Source of the DNA: a virus
Reading direction: 5' to 3' (one strand)
Length of the DNA: 64,000 nucleotides
IMG/VR virus record: IMGVR_UViG_3300045988_081432
Coordinates: 16,198 to 80,197 of that record
Below are positions 39,801 to 47,371 of the stretch, one piece after another. Below the pieces are notes generated by a model. That model ran no database searches. It saw nothing but the letters and a program-made list of their open reading frames with translations, and had not been told where the DNA came from. The stretch's first letter is position 1, and every line of letters begins with the position of its first letter. Made by a program: the position numbers and the translations under genes.

Positions 39801-40138
39801 CAAGCGGTCTGATGGATAGATTAAGAGTTATTGCAAGGGCCGAATATCATGGCCCATATAACTATATTCTTGACCAAGTTGGACAAACCGATAGTGAGGG
39901 TTGGAGAAAAATTTGGGGGTACTACTCATCTCGCAATCTAAATCAAATGCTTGTTGATTTCCAGAACCAAGGGAATCCACTAATTCAAAAAAATAGCAGA
40001 GACTTAACATATTATAAAACGTGGGATGACACACAGTCTTACATCAATACACAATTTGGAATCTCATCGTCTGATAAATTTAAAAAACAAACTGTAACAA
40101 TTAATGGTACAACTTACACTATTTTGGTATCTGCTTAA
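36815..40138 (+). CDS. tail-associated (Tal-like) baseplate/tip protein; proposed non-canonical ATT start
   Basis: The frame is open from 36803. The coding-like N-terminus IKFDFDLNNRYKYPYIELCNPDK lies upstream of the track start (TTG 36917). AGGAGGGAG lies 7-9 nt before ATT 36815, which overlaps the Dit stop. Confidence 0.5.
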   Translation: MKFDFDLNNRYKYPYIELCNPDKTVIGIVSGITDLVISPKWGSCSEVSFTAYEKYNDVENNSYGLLCKSRLLHIDGFGYFVIKDYSESCENKVHNKSITAYSAEYLLNNKSVNLTFVTTAGDINNTDSTTITTSNYFFYREEQPEKSLLHQLISVAPQWTIGYVSDSLKNKSRSFSETDNGLYGFLTNDVAQSYEALFVFDNEEYTINAYDPSEVIKQTNIVLSFDNLLKNATITEMSDDIYTVLNVTGAEDLSIRKVNPNGTKKIYCLDYYTGTLDKNADNYYENYNSWIKDNALKKKILDWEKSCKEAIHDTSEGSYAYWTELHKKFNASLINEQAKLKEMQTYCDIAKQNMSAYSDYSDIYSEYVTIQRVTILGNVRTKTVTYQKWVDVYSHSSKNWEIVDYGNVSAMCIPNTNVTWYSYWKNYAKGLEYNIKAEEESHILNGSPINVTFHSFNKTDFELGENGSYPVNKEYSQTSNFDYISSHPKGDIYSAAVKNHSITPESPAIKYTILALKDELKLIQNERDKIVSQFSFESNFTEEEKIAIEPYLIEGTFSDETFIVTDSMEVKDYSDTSTKVQVIDANGNISVKTIGELKDTDTIMDDIYVANQLVDAGYKKLEIVSQPSFSFSLESANFLFIEKFKPFIDQLLSLEKEKGSLFGAIINVELDNGNWVYPYLQEMEIQYDDPDNFTMSFGNRFRLSTETYTFSELHNATTNAVSNVSSLLSSVSQPVTNGTIDAISAYTNTNLNLTKQTIVATDENDFTIGSYGIMGKKKSTAENNVDGFDPEQLWITNNKICFTTDGWETTESVFGKITNEDGSTTYGLIADTLIGNLIMGKNLIIQNSGETMTVDEDGLTVKNDSTGVSIDPNAESVFNIYKRKVIESPDEEDEDVLEERSSVLTVDENGNLTIYGGVLQVGDGKSLGYIIDGTTGTIKSIKTVENSDTPLFELTPDGYLFTSGTTINGEETVDPPSVVTPSGTNGIVNRQDITMPSGLMDRLRVIARAEYHGPYNYILDQVGQTDSEGWRKIWGYYSSRNLNQMLVDFQNQGNPLIQKNSRDLTYYKTWDDTQSYINTQFGISSSDKFKKQTVTINGTTYTILVSA

Positions 40139-40158
40139 TAAGGACGAAAGGAGCCTTT

Positions 40159-40398
40159 ATGAATAAAGAAAATCTGATTACTCTGGTTGGGCAAATTTAC
40201 AGGGGACTTGACACAATTAGCGTCTCAGGGTATAACAACATAAAAGTGCTTTCTAACTGTATGGAGGCGCTACAGCAGTTGGCAAATGACATTAATGATG
40301 CTGAACCAAATTTGCAACGCACTGCAAATAAGGATAATATCAAACCAGTAAATCCCGGAAAGCCGAGACCAGAGCCATCAAAGAAAGATGGTGATTAA
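40159..40398 (+). CDS. hypothetical tail protein
   Basis: 79-aa ORF with an AAAGGAG RBS. Confidence 0.5.
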   Translation: MNKENLITLVGQIYRGLDTISVSGYNNIKVLSNCMEALQQLANDINDAEPNLQRTANKDNIKPVNPGKPRPEPSKKDGD

Positions 40399-40834
40399 AT
40401 TGAAAAGAATCGAGTCTGAACAATTTAGTGACTTCTATCAACAAATTGACGATATTGAACTTTTTCAGGGAGACACAGTAACTCTTCCGTTTCAATTTAC
40501 AGACTATAATGAGGACGTAATTCCACTGATTGTTTCTGACAAGAGCAAGACATCTGTTGAGTGGAGGTTATGTCCTTACGGACAGCCGCAAAACCCAATC
40601 CTTCAACTGAAATCTACACAAGAAAATAATAAGACTGACGATGTGTATATAGATACGGACACTAATGTCGCCTATGTAAATCTCGATGCAGCAAGGACTA
40701 GAAATTTAATTTACGGGAAATACACGCAACAGATTATTCTTCATTATGATTTTCAGGATGGAACTGAGCCAAAAGACTTTTTGAGGGCGCAGGGATTTAT
40801 GAACTTTAAAAATAAAATTCAAGATTTTTTCTAA
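40388..40834 (+). CDS. hypothetical tail protein
   Basis: 148-aa ORF whose start overlaps the upstream gene. Confidence 0.5.
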   Translation: MVIKLKRIESEQFSDFYQQIDDIELFQGDTVTLPFQFTDYNEDVIPLIVSDKSKTSVEWRLCPYGQPQNPILQLKSTQENNKTDDVYIDTDTNVAYVNLDAARTRNLIYGKYTQQIILHYDFQDGTEPKDFLRAQGFMNFKNKIQDFF

Positions 40835-40849
40835 GGAGGAGCTTACAGT

Positions 40850-41278
40850 ATGGTTTCTAAAGATTTTGCAAATAAAATCAATGCGGAGATTTTTGGTGGT
40901 CAAAATTATACCCCACCTACCACATGGTATTTTGGGCTTTCTACTCAAGCCATTACCGATGGTATTATCCCTGTTGGAGCAGAACCTACAAATCCGGGAT
41001 ATTCTCGTACACAAATTGCTAATAACCAAACAAACTTTACTGCACCAACATATAACGCCACCTATACGCTAAGTTTCGTTAGTAATAAAACACCGATTAC
41101 TATGAGCGAAATTACTGGTGGTTCTCAGATTACGGTTCCCTATTTCTTTCTTTCCAGCTCTAATACCGGGAATACTTGTGAGATTTGGGGTAGTTTTGCT
41201 AACGCAAGAATTTTGACTGTAGACTCACAGCTTATTATCAAAGCTGGTGGCGCAATTTTCTCTCTTGAGAATATTTGA
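40850..41278 (+). CDS. hypothetical tail/fibre-associated protein
   Basis: 142-aa ORF with an AAGGAGGAG RBS. Confidence 0.5.
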   Translation: MVSKDFANKINAEIFGGQNYTPPTTWYFGLSTQAITDGIIPVGAEPTNPGYSRTQIANNQTNFTAPTYNATYTLSFVSNKTPITMSEITGGSQITVPYFFLSSSNTGNTCEIWGSFANARILTVDSQLIIKAGGAIFSLENI

Positions 41279-41300
41279 CCTATAAATGAGGTGAAACTAA

Positions 41301-41957
41301 ATGTTACCACCTATTAAAGTAAAAATTTGTGATAGAAATAAAAGTATGCAACAAGCGTTTGGTGATAAAAGCGCAAAAGTAGAAACACAAGACGGAAAGA
41401 TTCTGATTAAAAAAAGTGAAGATATTTTACCTACGGATAGAATTATCACTTATATCCCAAACGACTATATTAAGCCAATCAAAATAAGGATTATAGACCT
41501 AAATATTATTTTCGCATTTCTATATGGCGAACTTGCCAAACTGGCGTTCTTTTGTAAAATAAATATAGACGGAGTTCTAATTCTGAGATTTGGCAAATTT
41601 AATATTAAACTAAACTTTTTCCACGAAATAGAAAAGACATTGAGTACATCATTCGGGAAGTTTTATGAAAAAATATTGGTCTCTGCTATCTCTGAAAAAG
41701 CCACCAGTACGTTTTGGATGGCGACAAAAGCCACCTCGTATATACTTACACAAAGCATTAAATTAACTACTGTAATAAATGAGAAGTATGTTCTCCCACA
41801 GCCTATAAAAATTAATATCCCACCGATAGTTAATGCGATTGTCTATACGTTATACTACAAAAAAATAGGGGATATTACTACTGGTACGCTTGAAGAACAA
41901 TTTCTCAATAATGAAATGACTATTGGAAATATATTCACTAGAAAAGAAGAGACCTAA
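41301..41957 (+). CDS. hypothetical protein
   Basis: 218-aa ORF with a GAGGTGA RBS. Confidence 0.5.
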   Translation: MLPPIKVKICDRNKSMQQAFGDKSAKVETQDGKILIKKSEDILPTDRIITYIPNDYIKPIKIRIIDLNIIFAFLYGELAKLAFFCKINIDGVLILRFGKFNIKLNFFHEIEKTLSTSFGKFYEKILVSAISEKATSTFWMATKATSYILTQSIKLTTVINEKYVLPQPIKINIPPIVNAIVYTLYYKKIGDITTGTLEEQFLNNEMTIGNIFTRKEET

Positions 41958-42006
41958 TACGCTTGTTACTATTTCGTTGTTAAATTATTTATAAGGAGTG
42001 GATTTA

Positions 42007-44172
42007 ATGCCTAAATATTCTGAAAATTTGAATCTAAGACTAGATGACCCTGTTGCCGACGTATCACAGTTGTCAAGAAACTGGTTTGAGGCTAACTTCG
42101 GATATACCGATAGTAACATGACCAAAATTGATTCTGCCTATAAAGCAATGAAAGATGATATAGCTGATACTCCAACAAAATCTGGCGTTGGAGCTACTGG
42201 TGACTGGGATATCAATGTTACTGGCTCTGCCAATAGCGCTGTTCATGATGGAGTAGGAAACGACATCTCTTCTTCTTATATAACTGGTATATCAGTCGGA
42301 AACACCTCTATTACTTATACAAAAGGAGACGGAACCGACCAAGAAGAGACTATTAAAACAGATAAAACTTTGAGTATTAAAGGAATGGCTGCGGACGCAA
42401 AGGCAACGGGAGACTTGATTAAGAAATCTATCTATCCTACACTTGTGGTAAGTGTTACTGCTGGTTCATCTGTTACCGTTACGAAGGACTCTTATTCGTT
42501 CTCTGGTACTACTGACGACAAAGGCAAAGTAGAGTTTAACCTCCCCGCATTGGGACGATGGGATATTTCTGCAAGTCATAATGGTAGAACCGTAACCGAC
42601 TTCATTGATATTGATGTTCTTGCTAAAAGGTATACTATCAGTTTGGTATATTTTAACGCAAACTTAGTTGTTAGTGCTCCAACTAATGCCGTTGTGACTG
42701 CTATTTCTGGACACTATCAGTATACTAAGACCTCTGGTTCTGAAGGAAACGCTACTTTTGACATTAATCACGCTGGCAATTATACTGTTACAGCCACAAT
42801 GAATACCGCCACTTCCAATCCTGTGCCTGTAGATATTACAGAAGATGGTGGCAATTATAGCGCCGAGGCAGTATTCCGCACTATTACAGTAACTTGTAAC
42901 TCCGGTAGCTCTATTACAGTCCAAAAAGATGAAGAGGTCTTAACCGGTAATAGTACAGGCGTCCCTGTTAAATTTTATATTCCATCTACCGGCTCTTGGA
43001 CTGTAACAGCAACGCTGGGTGAAAATGTCGCCCAAGAAGAAATTAACGTAGTAGACTTTACCGACTATCCTATTACACTAAATTATGCTAGAATTTTTGG
43101 TGTAGTATGGGCTTATTCTAATTCTTCTACCGCGCTTGCTCGTGTTACAAAAGCTAATGACCCGAATAACTATGTAAATACAGATATTACTACCAGTCCC
43201 TCTCCCGCTGTAGGTACTGGTTCTGGTAGTAGTCCATTTGACGATTATATGCCGTGGAAGGGTATGGACGAATATAACATCGTTAACGGTGTTGTTGGGG
43301 CAAAATATGGCGAAGCTGGATTCTCTCGTAGTTCTAACGATGTAATGGTATATATTCCTGAATTTTGGTATAAGGTCGTAGACAATGGTAGCGCAAGCAA
43401 GCGTTACTTTTACATTGCAAATAAGGCAACAGATGGATTCGAGAAACATCCTGGTTCTGGGCGCTATGTAGGTCGTTATAATACGTCTAACAATCGTTCC
43501 GTATCTCCTTCGACGCCTTACATTAATATGAGTCGTGCATCTGCTCGTAATGGGGCAAGAGGCAAGGGAAACAAGTGGGCGCTATACGATTACGCTTCTT
43601 GGTGTGCTGTATGGTTACTTTATATAATAGAATATGCGGACTGGAACAGCCAGAGCAAAATTGGTAGAGGGTATGTAGATAACAACATCAATCTAATTGC
43701 TTCTGGCTATACTGACAGCATGACTTATCATACTGGACGTGTCTCTGGTTCTGATGGCTCTACCTCAGTGCAATATCGCCATATTGAGAACCCTTGGGGA
43801 AACGTCTACGAGTGGATTGATGGCATAAACTTTAGTGGTAATGGAGTATATATTTGTACTGATATTTCTAAATACGCCGATGATACCGTCACAAACTATA
43901 CTTATGCCGGCGCTAAAACTCAATCTAGCGGATACATCTCTATGACTGGATATTCTTCCACATATCCATGGAGTTTTTATCCAACTAGTACCAGTGGCAG
44001 CGAAACAACATATATCCCTGACTACTTTTACTCTGGCGGCGGTTGGCGTGTTTTGTGTGTTGGTGGTGATTGGGACGGTGGGTCGAGGGCCGGTCTGTTC
44101 TATTTCTATGCGGACGTTGGTTCTAGCAGCTCGAGCTCGAGCATCGGGGCGCGGCTCCTTTTCGTCCCCTAA
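42007..44172 (+). CDS. tail fibre/receptor-binding protein and DGR target, with a C-type-lectin/FGE-fold C-terminus
   Basis: ATG 42007 follows AAGGAG. It has three tandem ~60-aa Ig-like repeats. The C-terminal domain contains WALYDYASWCAVWLL, NPWGNVYEWIDG and GGGWRVLCVGGDWDGGSRAGLFYF...IGARLLF. The last 43 codons form the VR. Confidence 0.75.
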   Translation: MPKYSENLNLRLDDPVADVSQLSRNWFEANFGYTDSNMTKIDSAYKAMKDDIADTPTKSGVGATGDWDINVTGSANSAVHDGVGNDISSSYITGISVGNTSITYTKGDGTDQEETIKTDKTLSIKGMAADAKATGDLIKKSIYPTLVVSVTAGSSVTVTKDSYSFSGTTDDKGKVEFNLPALGRWDISASHNGRTVTDFIDIDVLAKRYTISLVYFNANLVVSAPTNAVVTAISGHYQYTKTSGSEGNATFDINHAGNYTVTATMNTATSNPVPVDITEDGGNYSAEAVFRTITVTCNSGSSITVQKDEEVLTGNSTGVPVKFYIPSTGSWTVTATLGENVAQEEINVVDFTDYPITLNYARIFGVVWAYSNSSTALARVTKANDPNNYVNTDITTSPSPAVGTGSGSSPFDDYMPWKGMDEYNIVNGVVGAKYGEAGFSRSSNDVMVYIPEFWYKVVDNGSASKRYFYIANKATDGFEKHPGSGRYVGRYNTSNNRSVSPSTPYINMSRASARNGARGKGNKWALYDYASWCAVWLLYIIEYADWNSQSKIGRGYVDNNINLIASGYTDSMTYHTGRVSGSDGSTSVQYRHIENPWGNVYEWIDGINFSGNGVYICTDISKYADDTVTNYTYAGAKTQSSGYISMTGYSSTYPWSFYPTSTSGSETTYIPDYFYSGGGWRVLCVGGDWDGGSRAGLFYFYADVGSSSSSSSIGARLLFVP
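44030..44157 (+). repeat. DGR variable region (VR)
   Basis: 128 nt that aligns with 44334-44461 at an offset of 304. There are 14 mismatches, and 13 of them sit opposite adenines in the downstream copy. Confidence 0.85.
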
Positions 44173-44180
44173 TGGGGGAC

Positions 44181-44203
44181 TGGGGGTCGCAACCCCCATT
44201 TTT
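44181..44203 (+). terminator. GC hairpin plus T-run immediately after the VR; a DGR target-recognition hairpin and/or terminator
   Basis: TGGGGGT-cgca-ACCCCCA forms a 7-bp stem with a 4-nt loop, followed by TTTTT. Confidence 0.6.
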
Positions 44204-44333
44204 AATGATTATTTAGACGCTTTCGCTTGTTTTATCTAAATGGCTCCAAGATAAAACAGACTTTTTATATTTTGGGATTGTTTGTGCTGCGCCCGATGTT
44301 CTACTAGGCATTCGACGCTAGTGGAAAACGCTG

Positions 44334-44461
44334 ACTCTGGCAGCGGTTGGCGTGTTTTGTATGTTGGTGGTGATTGGAACGGTGGGTCGAATGCCGGTCT
44401 GTTCTATTTCAATGCGAACAATGATTCTAGCAACTCGAACTCGAACATCGGGGCGCGGCTA
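44334..44461 (+). repeat. DGR template region (TR)
   Basis: This is the invariant donor copy. It contains 25 adenines by hand count and 8 AAY codons in the frame equivalent to the VR. It lies directly upstream of the RT. Confidence 0.85.
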
Positions 44462-44560
44462 CTTGTTTATTCTCCGTTTATTATCGCACAAACTCTCCCG
44501 CACCACTTGGTGAAAATATTGCCAATTAGGAAGCGAATTAGTAGGTTTATTCTCGAAAAT

Positions 44561-45748
44561 TTGCGCGGCAAACAAGGAGATGTTTTTATTCCTAAAAGAA
44601 AAGGTTATTTATATGAAAAAATGCTAAATAAAGAGCAAATTCGCTTTATCATTCAAGAAGCGGCAAGAGGGAAAACAAATAGAAGAGAAGTTCGCCGTGT
44701 ATTGAAAAATTTAGATTTATATGTAGACAAAACATACGAGATGCTGGTTACGGAGTCGTTTAAGCCATCTGTCCCGCATGAAAAAGAAATCTATGACGTA
44801 AGCAGTCAAAAGGTCAGAATTATCAAAACAGTACCATTTTGGCCTGATGGAATTATGCATTGGCTTATTGTTGATGCTCTAAAACCTATCTTTATGAAAG
44901 GTATGTATGATTGGTCTTGTGCTTCTATTCCCGGAAGAGGCGGGGTAAAAGTCCAAAAGAAACTGCAAAAATTTATTAGAACAAGCAAAAAGGCTAAATA
45001 TGCCGCCGAATTAGATGTCTCGAAATACTATCCGTCAATATCTACTGATACCCTAATAGAATTATTAAGAAGAAAAGTAAAAGATAAGAAAATGATTAAA
45101 ATAGTTCAGGATATAGCGGAATCTTGCGGTGGAGGTCTAGCGATAGGATACTATATTTGTCAATGGCTGGCGAACTTTTATCTGGAATCACTAGACCATT
45201 ATATTGCATCTCTGCCCGGTGTAGATTGTTACACCAGATATATGGATAATATAACATTGATAGGGGCAAACAAAAAACTGTTACATGAAGCAAGAAGAAA
45301 AATAGAAATGTTTTTAAAAGATAAATTGTCATTAAAACTAAAGGGAAATTGGCAAGTATATAGATTATCTTTTACAAGAAAAGTTTCCCAAAAACACCTT
45401 CTTCTAGACAAAAAACAACAAAGACTAAGAAAACCTAGGTTAGTATCTGCTGTTGGATGTAGATTCGCTAAGACATATACTATTGTAAGAAAGAGAAATT
45501 TTCTACGTTTAACCAGACAAAGCAGAAAAATTCAAAAGAAGCAAAACAAACATTTAAAAATATCTTTTAACATGGCGACGGGTTTTATAAGCAGAATCGC
45601 ACAATTAACAAGGTGCGACAGTCAATATGCCAAAGAAAAATACGTTTATTCAATAAACATGAAGCAATTAAAGGAGGTTATCAGAAATGAAAGTAAACGC
45701 AAGCTGTGCTCCAAACAAAAGCTTTCGTGTAGAGGAAATCCCGAATAA
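44561..45748 (+). CDS. DGR-type reverse transcriptase; start uncertain (TTG 44561, ATT 44588 or ATG 44621)
   Basis: The N-terminus is KRKGYLYEKM...AARGK. RT motifs present are SIPGRGG, AELDVSKYYPSI, GLAIGYYICQWLANFY (a variant of the DGR IGxxxSQ motif) and RYMDNITLIG (motif C reads YMDN rather than YxDD). The track ORF start at 44282 is read-through of the TR. Confidence 0.8.
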   Translation: MRGKQGDVFIPKRKGYLYEKMLNKEQIRFIIQEAARGKTNRREVRRVLKNLDLYVDKTYEMLVTESFKPSVPHEKEIYDVSSQKVRIIKTVPFWPDGIMHWLIVDALKPIFMKGMYDWSCASIPGRGGVKVQKKLQKFIRTSKKAKYAAELDVSKYYPSISTDTLIELLRRKVKDKKMIKIVQDIAESCGGGLAIGYYICQWLANFYLESLDHYIASLPGVDCYTRYMDNITLIGANKKLLHEARRKIEMFLKDKLSLKLKGNWQVYRLSFTRKVSQKHLLLDKKQQRLRKPRLVSAVGCRFAKTYTIVRKRNFLRLTRQSRKIQKKQNKHLKISFNMATGFISRIAQLTRCDSQYAKEKYVYSINMKQLKEVIRNESKRKLCSKQKLSCRGNPE

Positions 45749-46085
45749 GCCCGGGTTTGCTCTTGCGCGGTTTTTTGAAAATGTAGTGGAAAATGAAAAA
45801 AAGATTGATGACAAAACTATTAAGGAATATAACTATGATGAATATCATTTAATTATGCCTTATTATGACAATATAGAAAAAGATGTTTCTGCAAACATTG
45901 AGAATTTAATGACTCAAGCAAAATACGAAGAGGAAGAGAAAAATACAATTCCTAATCTCAAAGGCCAAATTAGTGAGCTAGAAAAACAAAAATCTAAACT
46001 TGAAGAGCAGACAACGGATATGCAACTTGCTCTATGTGATGTATATGAGCAAATGTTATCTGTTACTTCTACCACAAAGGAGTGA
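45687..46085 (+). CDS. acidic coiled-coil protein, function unknown
   Basis: Strong AAAGGAGG RBS 8 nt before ATG 45687. It overlaps the RT 3' end by 62 nt. Confidence 0.55.
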   Translation: MKVNASCAPNKSFRVEEIPNKPGFALARFFENVVENEKKIDDKTIKEYNYDEYHLIMPYYDNIEKDVSANIENLMTQAKYEEEEKNTIPNLKGQISELEKQKSKLEEQTTDMQLALCDVYEQMLSVTSTTKE

Positions 46086-46091
46086 TTTGTA

Positions 46092-46214
46092 ATGCCTAAA
46101 ATTTATGCAGAACTCATTCGTAAAGGATTCAAAACTATTGACGATGTTCCTGTTTCTATCAGGGAAGAAGTAGAAAAGATTCTCGCAGAGAGCACTCATT
46201 GTGCGCTCTCTTGA
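46092..46214 (+). CDS. small conserved-looking phage protein of 40 aa, paralogue of the next ORF (not in the track)
   Basis: Translation is MPKIYAELIRKGFKTIDDVPVSIREEVEKILAESTHCALS. It shares an xIYAxLIxKGxKTIxxVPxxIREEV pattern with 46256..46348. Confidence 0.45.
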   Translation: MPKIYAELIRKGFKTIDDVPVSIREEVEKILAESTHCALS

Positions 46215-46255
46215 ATTTATTTGTTAAATTATTTATAAGAAAAGGAGATAATATT

Positions 46256-46348
46256 ATGGCTATTATTTATGCTACTCTAATTGTTAAAGGTAAAAAGACT
46301 ATTAACCAAGTCCCCGCAATCATTCGTGAACAGGTAAAGAAATCCTAA
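46256..46348 (+). CDS. small phage protein of 30 aa, paralogue of the previous ORF (not in the track)
   Basis: Translation is MAIIYATLIVKGKKTINQVPAIIREQVKKS. An AAAGGAGA RBS lies upstream. Confidence 0.45.
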   Translation: MAIIYATLIVKGKKTINQVPAIIREQVKKS

Positions 46349-46370
46349 AGGACTTGGAAGTTGAGATTTG

Positions 46371-47312
46371 ATGAAAAATATTATAGATATTTCTTATGCT
46401 CAAGGTAAAATTTCTGATGCGCAATGGAAATATTTCAAAGAGAATCTAACTGGAATTATTATTCGCTTTGGTTATCGCGGGTATTCTAATGGGAATATAA
46501 AACTTGATAAATGCTTAGATTATAACGTATTTAAGTGCCAAGAATATAATATCCCGTATGGGTTATATATATTTTCTCAAGCCATGGACAAGCAAGAAGG
46601 TATTGAAGAGGCCAACGCAATAATCTCATCTGAATACTTCAATAATGCAACTCTCGGTATTTGGTTTGATTCAGAATTAGCCGATGATGGGAATGGTAGA
46701 GCAGATAACATTTCCGTTGAATCTCGCACAGAGGCAACAAAAGGATTCTGTGATACTATTATTCTTGCAAACAAGAAAACCGGAATTTATGCTTCTTCCA
46801 GTTGGTTCATTTCCAGACTAGATATGAGTAAACTGCAATACCCAATTTGGGTGGCACACTACGGGAATGATTATTCTTATAAAAAAAATGTTGTATTGTG
46901 GCAATACTCTAGCTCTAACCCTATGCTTATTCCGGGGTTTGCAAAACTTGACTGTAATAAGATTGTTGATGAATCTTTCTTTAATAATTCGAGTCCCGTT
47001 CTTGCTAAATCAAAGAAATATTTTATCCAACAAATTCAAAAAGCTCTCGGTGTTAAAGCGGACGGTATTTTCGGCCCAAAAACATTAGCAGCTACAATTA
47101 CAGTCAGCAAAACTAAGAATAGAAAGCATCCTGTTGTAAAAACATTGCAGGAATACTTGAATTATTTAGGGTATAACTGCGGTGCGGCAGACGGGATTGC
47201 TGGTGTTAAATTTGATAACGCCGTGAAACAATTTCAGAAAGAGCATGGATGTATTGTCGATGGAGAGCTAACAGCACAAAAAACTACTTGGAAAAGAATT
47301 TTAACAATTTAA
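46371..47312 (+). CDS. endolysin: GH25 muramidase plus PG_binding_1 repeats
   Basis: The N-terminal IDISYAQGKI...IIRFGYRG...IPYGLYIF matches the GH25 pattern. The C-terminus has two LGVKADGIFGPKT / GAADGIAGVKF peptidoglycan-binding motifs. Confidence 0.85.
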   Translation: MKNIIDISYAQGKISDAQWKYFKENLTGIIIRFGYRGYSNGNIKLDKCLDYNVFKCQEYNIPYGLYIFSQAMDKQEGIEEANAIISSEYFNNATLGIWFDSELADDGNGRADNISVESRTEATKGFCDTIILANKKTGIYASSSWFISRLDMSKLQYPIWVAHYGNDYSYKKNVVLWQYSSSNPMLIPGFAKLDCNKIVDESFFNNSSPVLAKSKKYFIQQIQKALGVKADGIFGPKTLAATITVSKTKNRKHPVVKTLQEYLNYLGYNCGAADGIAGVKFDNAVKQFQKEHGCIVDGELTAQKTTWKRILTI

Positions 47313-47323
47313 TCCAAATATTA

Positions 47324-47365
47324 AGAGAGACGTGTCGAATGACATGTCTCTCTTTTTTTTTTTTT
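47324..47365. terminator. strong bidirectional terminator at the convergence point of the two transcription blocks
   Basis: 13-bp stem AGAGAGACGTGTC / GACATGTCTCTCT with a 4-nt loop, followed by a run of 12-13 T. Confidence 0.85.
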
Positions 47366-47371
47366 GGCGTT

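Noticed and set aside
44282-44560. The N-terminal ~93 codons of track ORF 44282..45748 look like a second lectin-fold C-terminus fused to the RT.
   Set aside because: This stretch is the DGR template region plus spacer, which happens to stay open in frame. It starts at a non-ATG codon with no RBS. DGR RT proteins begin at the KRxGxLYEK-type N-terminus found further downstream.
45687-46085. The ORF overlapping the RT 3' end as the missing DGR accessory protein (Avd).
   Set aside because: Avd proteins are small, basic four-helix bundles encoded upstream of the TR. This protein is strongly acidic, has a long coiled-coil C-terminus, and lies downstream of the RT.
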